DNA of 64,000 nt from NCBI GenBank assembly GCA_035541135.1, contig DATKNW010000044.1:4489-68488 (forward strand), written 5' to 3'. This DNA comes from Verrucomicrobiia bacterium (GTDB lineage Bacteria; Verrucomicrobiota; Verrucomicrobiia; Palsa-1439). This document shows positions 20,750 through 30,042 of this stretch, piece after piece (positions within the stretch are counted from its first letter, which is position 1; the number at the start of each line of letters is the position of its first letter). Both the position numbers and the translations under genes were made by a program. The notes under the pieces were generated by a model. That model had not been told where the DNA came from. It was given only the letters and a program-made list of their open reading frames with translations, and ran no database searches.

Positions 20750-22114
20750 TTGATCGCCGGAGCCAGAAGGGTCGCCGTGACCGACAACCTGTTTTCCAAT
20801 CAGTCTCCGAAACACGCCGCAGCGGCGGACGCCAGCGCCATGTCCACACCCGCTCCGCTGGCCACGCGCATGCGGCCACGCACACTGGAGGATTTCGTCG
20901 GGCAACGCCACATCCTCGGAGAAGGCAAACTGCTCTGGCGCGCGATCAAGGCCGACCGCATCAGCTCGATCATTCTGTACGGCCCGCCGGGAACGGGCAA
21001 AACATCGCTGGCCCAGGTCATCGCCAACGCCACCAAGAGCAAGTTTGAACGTCTCAGCGGCGTGGATTCGAATGTCGCCGATATTCGCCGCGTGATCGCC
21101 ACCGCTGCCAACCGTCTGGCCAATACAGGCCAGCGCACGATCCTGTTCATCGACGAAATTCACCGGTTCAACAAAGCGCAACAGGACGTGCTCCTGCCCG
21201 ACGTGGAAAACGGCACCGTCCGCTTGATCGGCGCGACGACGCACAACCCGATGTTCTACGTGAATTCGCCGCTGGTCTCGCGCTCGCAGATTTTCCAGCT
21301 CAAGCCGCTCACGCCGGCCGACATCAGAGAGCTGCTCCAGCGGGCGCTGACGGATAAAGAGCGCGGCCTCGGCGGTCAGAAGGTCAAGGTCGACCCCGCG
21401 GCGCTGGATTTTCTGGCGACCGCCTGCGACGGCGACGCGCGCAAGGCGCTCAACTCGCTCGAGATCGGCGTGCTCACGACGCCCTCCGGTCACGTCACGA
21501 AAGAAGTCGCCGAGGAATCCATCCAGAAGAAGGCCGTGGTGTACGACGCCGATGAGGACGAGCATTACGATACGATCTCGGCGTTCATCAAATCGATGCG
21601 CGGCAGCGATCCGGATGCGGCGTTGTACTGGCTGGCGAAAATGGTCGTTGCGGGAGAAGATCCGCGCTTCATCGCGCGACGCATCGTGATTCTGGCGGCG
21701 GAAGACATCGGGCTGGCGGATCCGCAGGCATTGGTCGTATCGGTGGCGGCCCATCACGCCGTGGAATTCATCGGCTGGCCCGAAGGCGAGTTGCCGTTGG
21801 CGGAGGCCACGGTGTATTGCGCGACCGCGCCCAAGTCCAACGCCAGCGCAAAGGGAATCTGGAGCGCCAAGGCCGACGTGGAGCAGGGGCGGACCCTGGA
21901 AGTCCCCCAACATCTCAAGGACACGCATTACAAGGGAGCCACCCGGCTCGGCCACGGCGAAGGCTACAAGTACGCCCATGATTTTGAAGGACACATCGTT
22001 GAACAGGATCACCTGCCCGAACATCGCAAGTATTACGAACCGGGCGATCAGGGCTTCGAACTCAAGGTGCGCGAGCGAATGGAGAAATGGAAAGCGCTGC
22101 TCAGAAAAAAATAG
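20750..22114 (+). CDS. rarA: Replication-associated recombination protein A (AAA+ ATPase RarA/MgsA)
   Basis: LATRMRPRTLEDFVGQRH (compare E. coli LAARMRPENLAQYIGQQH), Walker A GPPGTGKTSLA, MgsA C-terminal domain. 454 aa. Confidence 0.9.
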   Translation: MIAGARRVAVTDNLFSNQSPKHAAAADASAMSTPAPLATRMRPRTLEDFVGQRHILGEGKLLWRAIKADRISSIILYGPPGTGKTSLAQVIANATKSKFERLSGVDSNVADIRRVIATAANRLANTGQRTILFIDEIHRFNKAQQDVLLPDVENGTVRLIGATTHNPMFYVNSPLVSRSQIFQLKPLTPADIRELLQRALTDKERGLGGQKVKVDPAALDFLATACDGDARKALNSLEIGVLTTPSGHVTKEVAEESIQKKAVVYDADEDEHYDTISAFIKSMRGSDPDAALYWLAKMVVAGEDPRFIARRIVILAAEDIGLADPQALVVSVAAHHAVEFIGWPEGELPLAEATVYCATAPKSNASAKGIWSAKADVEQGRTLEVPQHLKDTHYKGATRLGHGEGYKYAHDFEGHIVEQDHLPEHRKYYEPGDQGFELKVRERMEKWKALLRKK

Positions 22115-22680
22115 CCCTGCGCGAACGGATGCGCGCGCGCCTGGCCAGCCAGAGCCCGGCGGAGGCGCGGGCCAAGAGCGCGGCCATCTGGGAGAGATTG
22201 TCCGTGGTGCGCGAATTCTCCGGCGCCAGACGACTGTTGAGCTATGTGTCCACGGGAGCTGAAGTCGATACGCACGGCCTGATCCGTCAACTGTTGGCCA
22301 TGGGCCGACATGTGTGCGTGCCACGGTTCGACGAAGCGCAACGGACCTATGTCGTTTCGGAAATCGGTGATTTTGATGGCGACCTGATGACAGGCAAATT
22401 TGGAATTCTAGAACCCAGGCCCGAGGCCATGAGACCGGCAGTGCTCGATCCGATTGGCATTGCGCTGGTGCCCGGGCTGGCGTTCGATGAAACCGGAAAT
22501 CGATTGGGCCGCGGGCTGGGTCACTTCGACCGTCTGTTGCGGCAGACTGGCGGCGTGAAGATCGCCCTGGCTTTCGATTTCCAATTACTGGATGAAGTCC
22601 CGGCGGAGACGCATGACATGCGGATGGACTTCATTGTGACCGAAACCCGAGTGGTCAACCTCAAGGGTAACCGAAAATGA
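22087..22680 (+). CDS. 5-formyltetrahydrofolate cyclo-ligase
   Basis: KKIALRERMRARL N-terminus and the GxGxGxxD-like LGRGLGHFDRLL motif. 28-nt overlap with the rarA 3' end. Confidence 0.8.
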   Translation: MESAAQKKIALRERMRARLASQSPAEARAKSAAIWERLSVVREFSGARRLLSYVSTGAEVDTHGLIRQLLAMGRHVCVPRFDEAQRTYVVSEIGDFDGDLMTGKFGILEPRPEAMRPAVLDPIGIALVPGLAFDETGNRLGRGLGHFDRLLRQTGGVKIALAFDFQLLDEVPAETHDMRMDFIVTETRVVNLKGNRK

Positions 22681-24221
22681 CCTATCCAATCATATTCGAT
22701 CTCATCGCCCTTGTCGTCGGCGTTGTGCTCGGCTGGTTCTTGAGCCAGCGCAAAGTGAAAGCCGACACCAAAATGGCCGGTGGGATCATTGAGACCGCGC
22801 GGAAGGAAGCGGACGAAACGCTTCGCGAAGCGCGGATGAAAGCGCAGGAAGAGACGTTTCAAGCACGCGAGCAGTTTGAAAAGGAGAATAAGGAACGAAG
22901 GCAGGAACTGTTGGACATGGAAAAGCGAATCATGCAACGCGAGTCCAACTTGGACCGCAAGGCGGATTTGCTGGACCGCAAGACGGACGAGGTGTCCCGA
23001 AAAGAAGTGGCGGTTGTCGAGCGCGAGAAGGAACTGCACAAGATTCAGACCGAGATCGACGACCTGAAGAAGCTGACCCAGCGCGAGCTGGAACGGGTCG
23101 CCGGTCTCAGCGCGGAGGAAGCGCGAAGGCGGCTGATCCAACAATTGCAGGAAGACGTTCGCACCGAGGCCGCCGCGATGACGCGCCGGATCATCGAGGA
23201 CGCCAAGGAACAGGGCGATCGCGAGGCCAGGCGGACGATCACCATCGCCATCGAGCGCTGCGCGTCGAGCTACGTGCAAACGGCAACCAGTTGTACGATT
23301 GCGCTGCCGAGCGAGGAAATGAAGGGCCGCATCATCGGCCGCGAGGGCCGGAACATTCGCGCGTTCGAGGCCGCCACGGGAATCAACGTGCTCATCGATG
23401 ACACGCCACAGGCAGTGGTGCTGAGCGGGTTCGACCCGGTGCGTCGTGAGCTGGCCCGGCAGACGCTGGAGCGCCTGATCGCCGACGGACGGATCAACCC
23501 GGCCCGCATCGAGGAGGAGGTCGCCAAAGTGCGCGAAGAACTGAACGGGCTGATTCACAAGGCGGGCGAGGAGGCGGTGGTGCATGTCGGGGTGCAGAAG
23601 GTGCATCCCGAAGTGACCCGGTTGCTCGGGCGGCTCCGGTTCCGTCACAGTTTTGCCCAGAACGTGCTCGATCATTCCGTGGAGGTCGCCGAGATCGAGG
23701 GGATGATGGCGGCGGAGCTCGGTCTCAACCAGCAGATCGCCAAGCGCGTGGGCTTGTTTCATGACATCGGTAAGGCGGTCGATCATGAAGTCGAAGGCTC
23801 TCATGCCAAGATCGGCGCGGAACTGCTCAAGAAGTACGGCGAACCCGAAGAGGTCTGGCAGGGAGTGGCCTGTCACCACCACGAGGTCGAACCGCTCACG
23901 ACGTACGGCGTCCTGGCCAGCGCGGCGGACGCCATCAGCGCGTCCCGGCCCGGCGCCCGCAGCGAGAGCATGGAATTGTACCTGCAACGCCTCGAGAAAC
24001 TGGAAACCGTGGCCAACGCCTTCCCGGGGGTCGACAAGAGCTACGCGCTCCAGGCGGGCCGCGAGATTCGCGTGTTCGTGCAGCCGAATTCCGTTACCGA
24101 TGACGAAGCCGTTCAGATGGCACGGAACATCAGCAAGAAGATCGAACAGGAATTGCAGTACCCGGGCCAGATCAAGGTCATCGTGGTTCGTGAAACACGC
24201 GCCGTGGAGTACGCGAAGTGA
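22677..24221 (+). CDS. rny: Ribonuclease Y
   Basis: N-terminal TM helix, coiled coil, KH domain (GRIIGREGRNIRAFE) and HD domain (HSVEVAEIEG...LFHDIGKA). 514 aa. Confidence 0.95.
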   Translation: MTYPIIFDLIALVVGVVLGWFLSQRKVKADTKMAGGIIETARKEADETLREARMKAQEETFQAREQFEKENKERRQELLDMEKRIMQRESNLDRKADLLDRKTDEVSRKEVAVVEREKELHKIQTEIDDLKKLTQRELERVAGLSAEEARRRLIQQLQEDVRTEAAAMTRRIIEDAKEQGDREARRTITIAIERCASSYVQTATSCTIALPSEEMKGRIIGREGRNIRAFEAATGINVLIDDTPQAVVLSGFDPVRRELARQTLERLIADGRINPARIEEEVAKVREELNGLIHKAGEEAVVHVGVQKVHPEVTRLLGRLRFRHSFAQNVLDHSVEVAEIEGMMAAELGLNQQIAKRVGLFHDIGKAVDHEVEGSHAKIGAELLKKYGEPEEVWQGVACHHHEVEPLTTYGVLASAADAISASRPGARSESMELYLQRLEKLETVANAFPGVDKSYALQAGREIRVFVQPNSVTDDEAVQMARNISKKIEQELQYPGQIKVIVVRETRAVEYAK

Positions 24222-24333
24222 CCGGAGGAGGAAAGGCAAGGGATCATTCTCGCGGCAATCGGCCGGTGCTCCCGGAGGCCCGAGAGAAATCGTGCTTCCC
24301 TAGTCATTCGGAATCAGGCATTAGTCATTCATC

Positions 24334-25125
24334 GTGAGGATTCTTTTTATTGGCGATGTGGTGGGCAAGCCCGGACGGCGGGCGGTGGCGACGATCGTGC
24401 CGCGCCTGCGCGAAGAGCGAGACATCGATTTTGTCATCGCCAACGGCGAGAACAGCGCTCACGGCGCGGGACTGACAGCGGCGACGGTGGACGCGTTGCT
24501 CACCAGCGGCGTGGATGTTATCACTTCCGGCGACCACATCTGGGACCAAAAGGAAGTGTATGAGGTCATCGAACGCGAGCCGCGGCTGTTGCGTCCGTTG
24601 AACTTTCCGCCATCGGCGCCGGGCCGGGGATCAACGGTGGTGCGGCTGGATGGATTGCCGCCCGTCGGCGTGGTGAACGTGATTGGCCGGGTATTCATGC
24701 CCAACACGGATTGCCCGTTTCGCGCCGCCGAGGCCGAGATCGCGCGGCTGCTCACCCAGACGAAAATCATCCTTGTGGACTTGCATGCGGAAGCCACCAG
24801 CGAGAAAATCGCCATGGGTCGGTTCCTGGATGGGAAAGTCAGCGCGGTGATTGGAACGCATACGCACGTGGCAACCGCCGATGAATGCGTTTTGCCCAAC
24901 GGCACGGCGTATCTTTCCGATGCCGGTATGTGCGGGCCGCATGATTCGGTGCTGGGCCGGGACGTGGGCGCCGTGCTGCGGCGGTTCCTCACCCAGATGC
25001 CGCAGAAGATGGAGGTCGCGGAAGGTAATGTCGCGTTGTGCGGCGTGATTGTTGAGGTGGATGAAGCCACCGGTCGCGCCCGCTCCATCGAACGAATCCG
25101 AATCCCCTGTGACAAGGTTGAGTGA
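24334..25125 (+). CDS. ymdB: YmdB-like 2',3'-cyclic-nucleotide phosphodiesterase (TIGR00282 metallophosphoesterase)
   Basis: MRILFIGDVVGKPGRRAV..., GENSAHGAGLT. Conserved rny-ymdB gene pair. Confidence 0.85.
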   Translation: MRILFIGDVVGKPGRRAVATIVPRLREERDIDFVIANGENSAHGAGLTAATVDALLTSGVDVITSGDHIWDQKEVYEVIEREPRLLRPLNFPPSAPGRGSTVVRLDGLPPVGVVNVIGRVFMPNTDCPFRAAEAEIARLLTQTKIILVDLHAEATSEKIAMGRFLDGKVSAVIGTHTHVATADECVLPNGTAYLSDAGMCGPHDSVLGRDVGAVLRRFLTQMPQKMEVAEGNVALCGVIVEVDEATGRARSIERIRIPCDKVE

Positions 25126-25129
25126 CCCT

Positions 25130-26353
25130 ATGATCTTGCGAGCGAAGTATGTATTGCCGATGGACCAGCCGCCGATCGAAGACGGCGCCGTCGCCATCGA
25201 GGGCGACACGATCGTGGCGGTCGGCAAGACCGCCGACGTCCGCGCGGCACACGGGGGCGAAATCCGCGACCTGGGCGAGCGCGCGCTGGCGCCGGGGTTG
25301 ATCAACGCCCATTGCCACCTCGATTACACCCGCCTGCGCGGCGAGGTCGAATGGCGCGGGAGTTTCACGGAATGGCTTGTCCAACTGGTCGCCGCGAAGC
25401 AACTCCACCCCGAAAAGGAATATCTCGGCGGCATTGAGATGGGTCTGGACATGCTGATGCGGTCGGGCACCACGACGGTGATCAACATCGAATCGTTCCC
25501 GAGGTTCATCGATCAGCTTCCGCCGCCGCGACTGCGGGTGTGGTGGTGCCTGGAAATGATCGATTTCAACCGGTCCGAGGGCGCACGGGAAATCGCGGCG
25601 CAAATGCTGGAGTTCATCGCGGCCCATTCCGTTCCCCGGGGTGGGTTCGGGTTTTCCCCGCACGCGCTGTACACGGCGACGGCGGATCTGTACCGGCTGT
25701 GCGGCCAGTACGCCCGCGCGCGGAACATCCCGTTGACGACCCATCTGGCCGAGTCGGAGGAGGAAGATGATATGCTCCGGCGCGGCACCGGCCAGATGTA
25801 CGACTATTTCATGCGGCTGGGGCGCGACATGTCCGATTGCAAACGGGTGGGACCGACTCAACTGATGTCCGAGTACGGCGTGCTCGGACCGAATTGTCTC
25901 GTCGCGCACGCCAACTACCTCACGCCGGTCGACGTGGGTTTGTTGAAGCAGAGCGGCACGCATGTGGTACATTGCCCCAAGTCGCACCGGTTCTTCGGAC
26001 GGGGCATGCCGCACCTGAATACGTGGAAAGAGCACCGGATCAATGCCTGTCTCGGGACGGACAGCATGGCCAGTAATGATACGCTGAGCATGTTGAGCGA
26101 AATGCAGACGCTGGGGCACATGTTCCCGCGGATGTCGGCCGAGGAATTCCTGACGCTGGCCACGGTCAATGGCGCCAGGGCGTTGAATCTTCCCGACAAG
26201 TTGGGGCATATCGGCGTCGGCGCTTGGGCGGACCTGATCGCGGCTCCGTTGGATGGCGCGGGTGGCGATCCGTTCGAGGCGATCGTGTACGCGGACAAGG
26301 AAGTGAGCTTTTCGATGGTCGGAGGCGAGGTGATCGTCGATGAAACGAAATAA
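25130..26353 (+). CDS. Amidohydrolase family protein (metal-dependent deaminase, MTA/SAH- or aminofutalosine-deaminase-like)
   Basis: LAPGLINAHCHLDYT metal-binding HxH, VAHANYL and GTDS downstream motifs. ~408 aa. Confidence 0.7.
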   Translation: MILRAKYVLPMDQPPIEDGAVAIEGDTIVAVGKTADVRAAHGGEIRDLGERALAPGLINAHCHLDYTRLRGEVEWRGSFTEWLVQLVAAKQLHPEKEYLGGIEMGLDMLMRSGTTTVINIESFPRFIDQLPPPRLRVWWCLEMIDFNRSEGAREIAAQMLEFIAAHSVPRGGFGFSPHALYTATADLYRLCGQYARARNIPLTTHLAESEEEDDMLRRGTGQMYDYFMRLGRDMSDCKRVGPTQLMSEYGVLGPNCLVAHANYLTPVDVGLLKQSGTHVVHCPKSHRFFGRGMPHLNTWKEHRINACLGTDSMASNDTLSMLSEMQTLGHMFPRMSAEEFLTLATVNGARALNLPDKLGHIGVGAWADLIAAPLDGAGGDPFEAIVYADKEVSFSMVGGEVIVDETK

Positions 26354-26948
26354 ATCCACAGCCATATCGGCCGGTCTTGTAGCGCTGATGAGCCTGATGA
26401 TCCTTGCACGGGTGTCGATGGCCCAGACGGACGCGGCGTCGACCAACGCAATCCAGCGTCCCGACGCGCAGGCAGTGATCTACCTCGAGCAGTCGGGCCA
26501 GCTCGATCAAGCCGAGGCGCGCTGCATGCAGATACTGCAGAAGAATCCAGGCGATCCCGATGCCAAACGGCTGCTGGCGGAAATCGAGGACGCGAAGCAT
26601 CAGCATTCTCCGTCGACGTCACTGAGGCTGACGTTGGAGGAAACGATCATTCCCGAGGTGAATGTCCGTGATGCGGCCGTGGGAGATGTCATCGAGGTGT
26701 TGCAGGCCGAGGGCCAGAAGGCGTTGGGTGCGGCGACTCCGATGAACATCGTCTGGGAGGCGCCGGACGGCGCCAAGTCCGCGAAGGTCACGTTGAACCT
26801 GCACAGCGTTCCGCTGGCGGACGCGCTGAAATACGTCACCGAAGGCGCCGGGCTGCGGTACCGCGTCGATCCGCATGCGGTGGTGATCTATCAACCGGGC
26901 CCTGCCACGCCGGCCGATTTTTCCACGGTGAATGTCAAGTCTCCCTGA
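26340..26948 (+). CDS. Secreted protein with secretin-N/STN-like domain
   Basis: Signal peptide MKRNKSTAISAGLVALMSLMILARVSMA. C-terminal ...VNVRDAAVGDVIEVL...TLNLHSVPLADALKYVTEGAGLRYRVDPHAVVI resembles STN / secretin N-terminal modules. Confidence 0.45.
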   Translation: MKRNKSTAISAGLVALMSLMILARVSMAQTDAASTNAIQRPDAQAVIYLEQSGQLDQAEARCMQILQKNPGDPDAKRLLAEIEDAKHQHSPSTSLRLTLEETIIPEVNVRDAAVGDVIEVLQAEGQKALGAATPMNIVWEAPDGAKSAKVTLNLHSVPLADALKYVTEGAGLRYRVDPHAVVIYQPGPATPADFSTVNVKSP

Positions 26949-28665
26949 CCAACTCGGCGCGGAGCTCGATAAGGCCCGCGCGGACGGCCTGTACCGTTCT
27001 CTGCGGATCGTGACATCTGCGCAAGGTCCCCGCATCCGGATCGACGCTCGCGAGTTCCTGAATTTCTCGAGTAACGACTATCTGGGGCTGGCGAGCGATC
27101 CCGTGCTGAAACAGGCGGCGTCGGATGCGATTGCGAGATACGGCGTCGGAGCCGGCGCCTCGCGTCTCGTCTGCGGGAATCTGCAACCATACGACGAGTT
27201 GGAACGCACACTCGCGGCGTTCAAGGCGAAGGAAGCGGCGATCGTTTTCAGCAGCGGTTATGCGGCCAACGTCGGCACAATCACCGCGTTGGTCGGCGAA
27301 GGCGACGTGGTCATTCTCGACAAACTGGATCACGCCAGCATCATCGACGGGGCGCGGCAGAGCGGGGCGACGATTCGGGTCTATCCCCACAAGAACCTCA
27401 AGAAACTCGAAGCCGTGCTCGAACAGAGCACTTCGTTTCGCCGGAAGTTCATTGTTACCGAGACTGTGTTTTCGATGGACGGCGACCTCGCGCCGCTAGC
27501 GGAAATCGTCGAATTGAAGGAGAAGTACAGCGCGTGGCTGATGATTGACGAGGCGCATGCCACGGGTTTGTACGCCAAGAACCGCCGCGGGATTGCCGAG
27601 GCGGCAGGCGTGGAGGATAAGATCGATGTCACGCTCGGGACGTTGAGCAAGGCGCTGGGTTGCGGGGGCGGTTTCGTCGTGGGCTCGCAAATGCTCATCG
27701 ATTTCCTGCGAAACCGCGCGCGGAGCCTGATCTATTCGACGGCGTTGCCGCCGGCAGTCTGCGCGGCGGCCGCAGCAGCGGTAGAGCTTGTGATGAGCAG
27801 CGCCGGCCAGGAGCGGCGAGATCGGCTCTGGCGAAATGTCAGCGAGATGAAGAACGGCTTGTCGGCGCTCGGCGTCCAGAACGAGTCGCGCAGCCCGATC
27901 ATTCCCATTGTCATCGGCGACGAGAAGGCGGCGGTTGACATCTCGGGCCGGTTGTTCGAGCGGGGGATATTCGTTCCCGCCATCCGATTCCCCACGGTCC
28001 CGAAGGGCAAAGCCCGCCTGCGCGTCACCGTCACCGCCGCGCACACAGAAGATGATATCCGACAGTTCCTTACCTGCCTTCAGTCCGTGGGAGCGACATT
28101 CCTGTCGCGACTGCCGCACTCTGCCGACTTGAGGAGAAACAGGTCCTCGATTCCTGGGGAATGCTATTTCATTACAACCTGTCTTGCTATCCGAAAGCCA
28201 GTTCTTGCAAATCCGGACACGGCACAAGTTGTGATTGACGCTCTGCGCTGGCTTCGGGATCAGGGCCGAATTCGTCTTCTGGGGTTCGTCGTCATGCCGG
28301 ATCATCTGCACGTGGCCTTCGCACTCCGGTCGCGACAGGAATGTCGCTCCCACGAGGCGGCGGAAAAGAAGGCACATGATGCGGATGTTCCTGTCGCAAC
28401 GCTGGCAGACATCATGAAGTCGCTGAAGGGGTACACGAGTCGGAAAATCCACGAACAAACGCAGTTGGAAGGACCCTTGTGGCAGACCGGCTATCACGAC
28501 CACCTGCTGCGGGATCGAGAGGACTTTGAGAAGCGGCTCCAATACATGCACGAGAATCCGGTTCGTGCACGATTGGCCAACTCGGCAACGGAATACCGGT
28601 TTTCAAGCGCGCATCCGGAGTATGAGAAGGAAATCGACTGGGCGTGGCTGGAGGGTGTGCGCTAA
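26932..28665 (+). CDS. bioF: 8-amino-7-oxononanoate synthase (BioF) fused in frame to a C-terminal REP-associated tyrosine transposase (RAYT, IS200-like HUH) domain
   Basis: First ~390 aa are BioF (NFSSNDYLGL, PLP-Lys region TLSKALG, C-terminal PIVIGDE...AIRFPTVPKGKARLRVTVTAAH). No stop codon follows. Residues ~395-577 are a RAYT: CYFITTCLAIRKP...LLGFVVMPDHLHVAF (HUH motif) ... PLWQTGYHDHLLRDREDFEKRLQYMHENPVRARL (catalytic Tyr motif). Confidence 0.8.
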   Translation: MSSLPDQLGAELDKARADGLYRSLRIVTSAQGPRIRIDAREFLNFSSNDYLGLASDPVLKQAASDAIARYGVGAGASRLVCGNLQPYDELERTLAAFKAKEAAIVFSSGYAANVGTITALVGEGDVVILDKLDHASIIDGARQSGATIRVYPHKNLKKLEAVLEQSTSFRRKFIVTETVFSMDGDLAPLAEIVELKEKYSAWLMIDEAHATGLYAKNRRGIAEAAGVEDKIDVTLGTLSKALGCGGGFVVGSQMLIDFLRNRARSLIYSTALPPAVCAAAAAAVELVMSSAGQERRDRLWRNVSEMKNGLSALGVQNESRSPIIPIVIGDEKAAVDISGRLFERGIFVPAIRFPTVPKGKARLRVTVTAAHTEDDIRQFLTCLQSVGATFLSRLPHSADLRRNRSSIPGECYFITTCLAIRKPVLANPDTAQVVIDALRWLRDQGRIRLLGFVVMPDHLHVAFALRSRQECRSHEAAEKKAHDADVPVATLADIMKSLKGYTSRKIHEQTQLEGPLWQTGYHDHLLRDREDFEKRLQYMHENPVRARLANSATEYRFSSAHPEYEKEIDWAWLEGVR

Positions 28666-29975
28666 TGACGAATCGACCGGATCGCGATTGCAAATCGCTC
28701 CTACGAGATTTGGACCATCGTTATCTCTGGCATCCGTTCACGCAGATGCGCGACTGGACGGCGGAAGAACCCGTGATCGTCGAGTCGGGGCAGGGCGCGG
28801 TTTTGCGGGACGTGAAGGGACGCGAGTATCTGGACGCGAATTCGTCGATCTGGACGAATCTGCACGGCCATCAGCATCCGAAGATCACCCAGGCCATCAA
28901 AGACCAACTGGATCACATCGCGCACTCGTCGTTTCTCGGGCTGTCGAATGAACCGGCAATCCGTCTGGCCGAGAAACTGATTCAGATCGCTCCCGCCGGG
29001 CTGACGCGCGTGTTCTATTCCGACGATGGCTCGACGGCGATGGAAGTGGCGATCAAAATGGCGCTGCAATACTGGCAGCACCGGAAGCAGCCCGGGCGCA
29101 CCAGGTTCGTCGCGTTCGCCGACGCCTACCACGGCGACACGCTCGGGTCGGTCAGTGTTGGCGGGATCGATCTGTTTCACGCGGCGTTCCGGCCCCTGCT
29201 GTTCGACGTGATCCGCGCCAACGACGTGTCGCGGCTGACGGATCTGATGCGTGAGCACGGCAGCGCGGTCGCCGGTGTCGTCATCGAACCGCTCGTGCAG
29301 GGCGCGGCGGGAATGAGACTGTGGCGGCCCGGACTGCTGGCAGAATTGCGACGCCTCTGCACCGAGCATGGAGCGTTGCTGATTGCGGATGAAGTCATGA
29401 CCGGTTTCGGGCGGACGGGAACGATGTTTGCCTGCGAACAGGAAGGGGTCACGCCCGACTTGATGGCGGTGGCGAAGGGGCTGACCGGCGGTTATCTGCC
29501 GCTGGCCGCGACGCTGACAACGGAAGACGTGTTCGGCGCGTTCCTCGGCGATTACAGCGAGTTCAAGACGTTCTTCCACGGACACAGCTACACGGGCAAC
29601 CAGCTCGGCTGCGCGGCGGCGCTGGCCAATCTGCGGATCTTTGAAGACGAGCAGACGCTTGCGAAACTCCAACCGAAGTGCGCGCGGTTGCGCGCCGGTC
29701 TGGAAGGACTTCACGCGCTGCCACACGTCGGCGAGGTGCGGCATATCGGGGCGATTGGCGCGGTCGAGTTGTTCCAGGATGTCGCGACGAAGACGCCATA
29801 TCCGTTGGCCGAGAAGATCGGAATCAAGGTGTGCGCGGAAATGCGGCAGCGCGGCGTGCTGACGCGTCCGATCGGCAACAGCATCGTCCTCATGCCACCG
29901 TATTGCCTGAGCGACCAGCAGATCGATCGGGTGTTGAGTGTCCTTGCAGAATCAATCCGCGCGGTGGTAATGTAA
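28665..29975 (+). CDS. bioA: Adenosylmethionine-8-amino-7-oxononanoate aminotransferase
   Basis: Start ATG overlaps the TAA stop of the bioF-RAYT ORF (TAATG). LWHPFTQM, class III aminotransferase PLP motifs. ~436 aa. Confidence 0.9.
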   Translation: MTNRPDRDCKSLLRDLDHRYLWHPFTQMRDWTAEEPVIVESGQGAVLRDVKGREYLDANSSIWTNLHGHQHPKITQAIKDQLDHIAHSSFLGLSNEPAIRLAEKLIQIAPAGLTRVFYSDDGSTAMEVAIKMALQYWQHRKQPGRTRFVAFADAYHGDTLGSVSVGGIDLFHAAFRPLLFDVIRANDVSRLTDLMREHGSAVAGVVIEPLVQGAAGMRLWRPGLLAELRRLCTEHGALLIADEVMTGFGRTGTMFACEQEGVTPDLMAVAKGLTGGYLPLAATLTTEDVFGAFLGDYSEFKTFFHGHSYTGNQLGCAAALANLRIFEDEQTLAKLQPKCARLRAGLEGLHALPHVGEVRHIGAIGAVELFQDVATKTPYPLAEKIGIKVCAEMRQRGVLTRPIGNSIVLMPPYCLSDQQIDRVLSVLAESIRAVVM

Positions 29976-30042
29976 GCTGGTTCGGTTTGGCAGGCGGTTG
30001 TCAGGTGACAGAGTGTGGTTGTGGTGGCCGGAAAGGGAGTTC

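Noticed and set aside
20621-24239. Two long minus-strand ORFs (567 and 572 aa) opposite rarA, the 5-FTHF cyclo-ligase and rny
   Set aside because: The + strand genes are unambiguous housekeeping genes. The antisense ORFs are low-complexity (R/G/A/H-rich) artefacts of high GC.
24989-26446. 485-aa minus-strand ORF opposite the amidohydrolase gene, and similar antisense ORFs at 27496-28551, 28701-29744, 31223-32701, 36660-37685, 39004-40749 and 42813-43871
   Set aside because: All are antisense to genes with strong motif support (bioF, bioA, thiC, AKR, pgi) and have Arg/Pro-rich compositions. They are treated as spurious.
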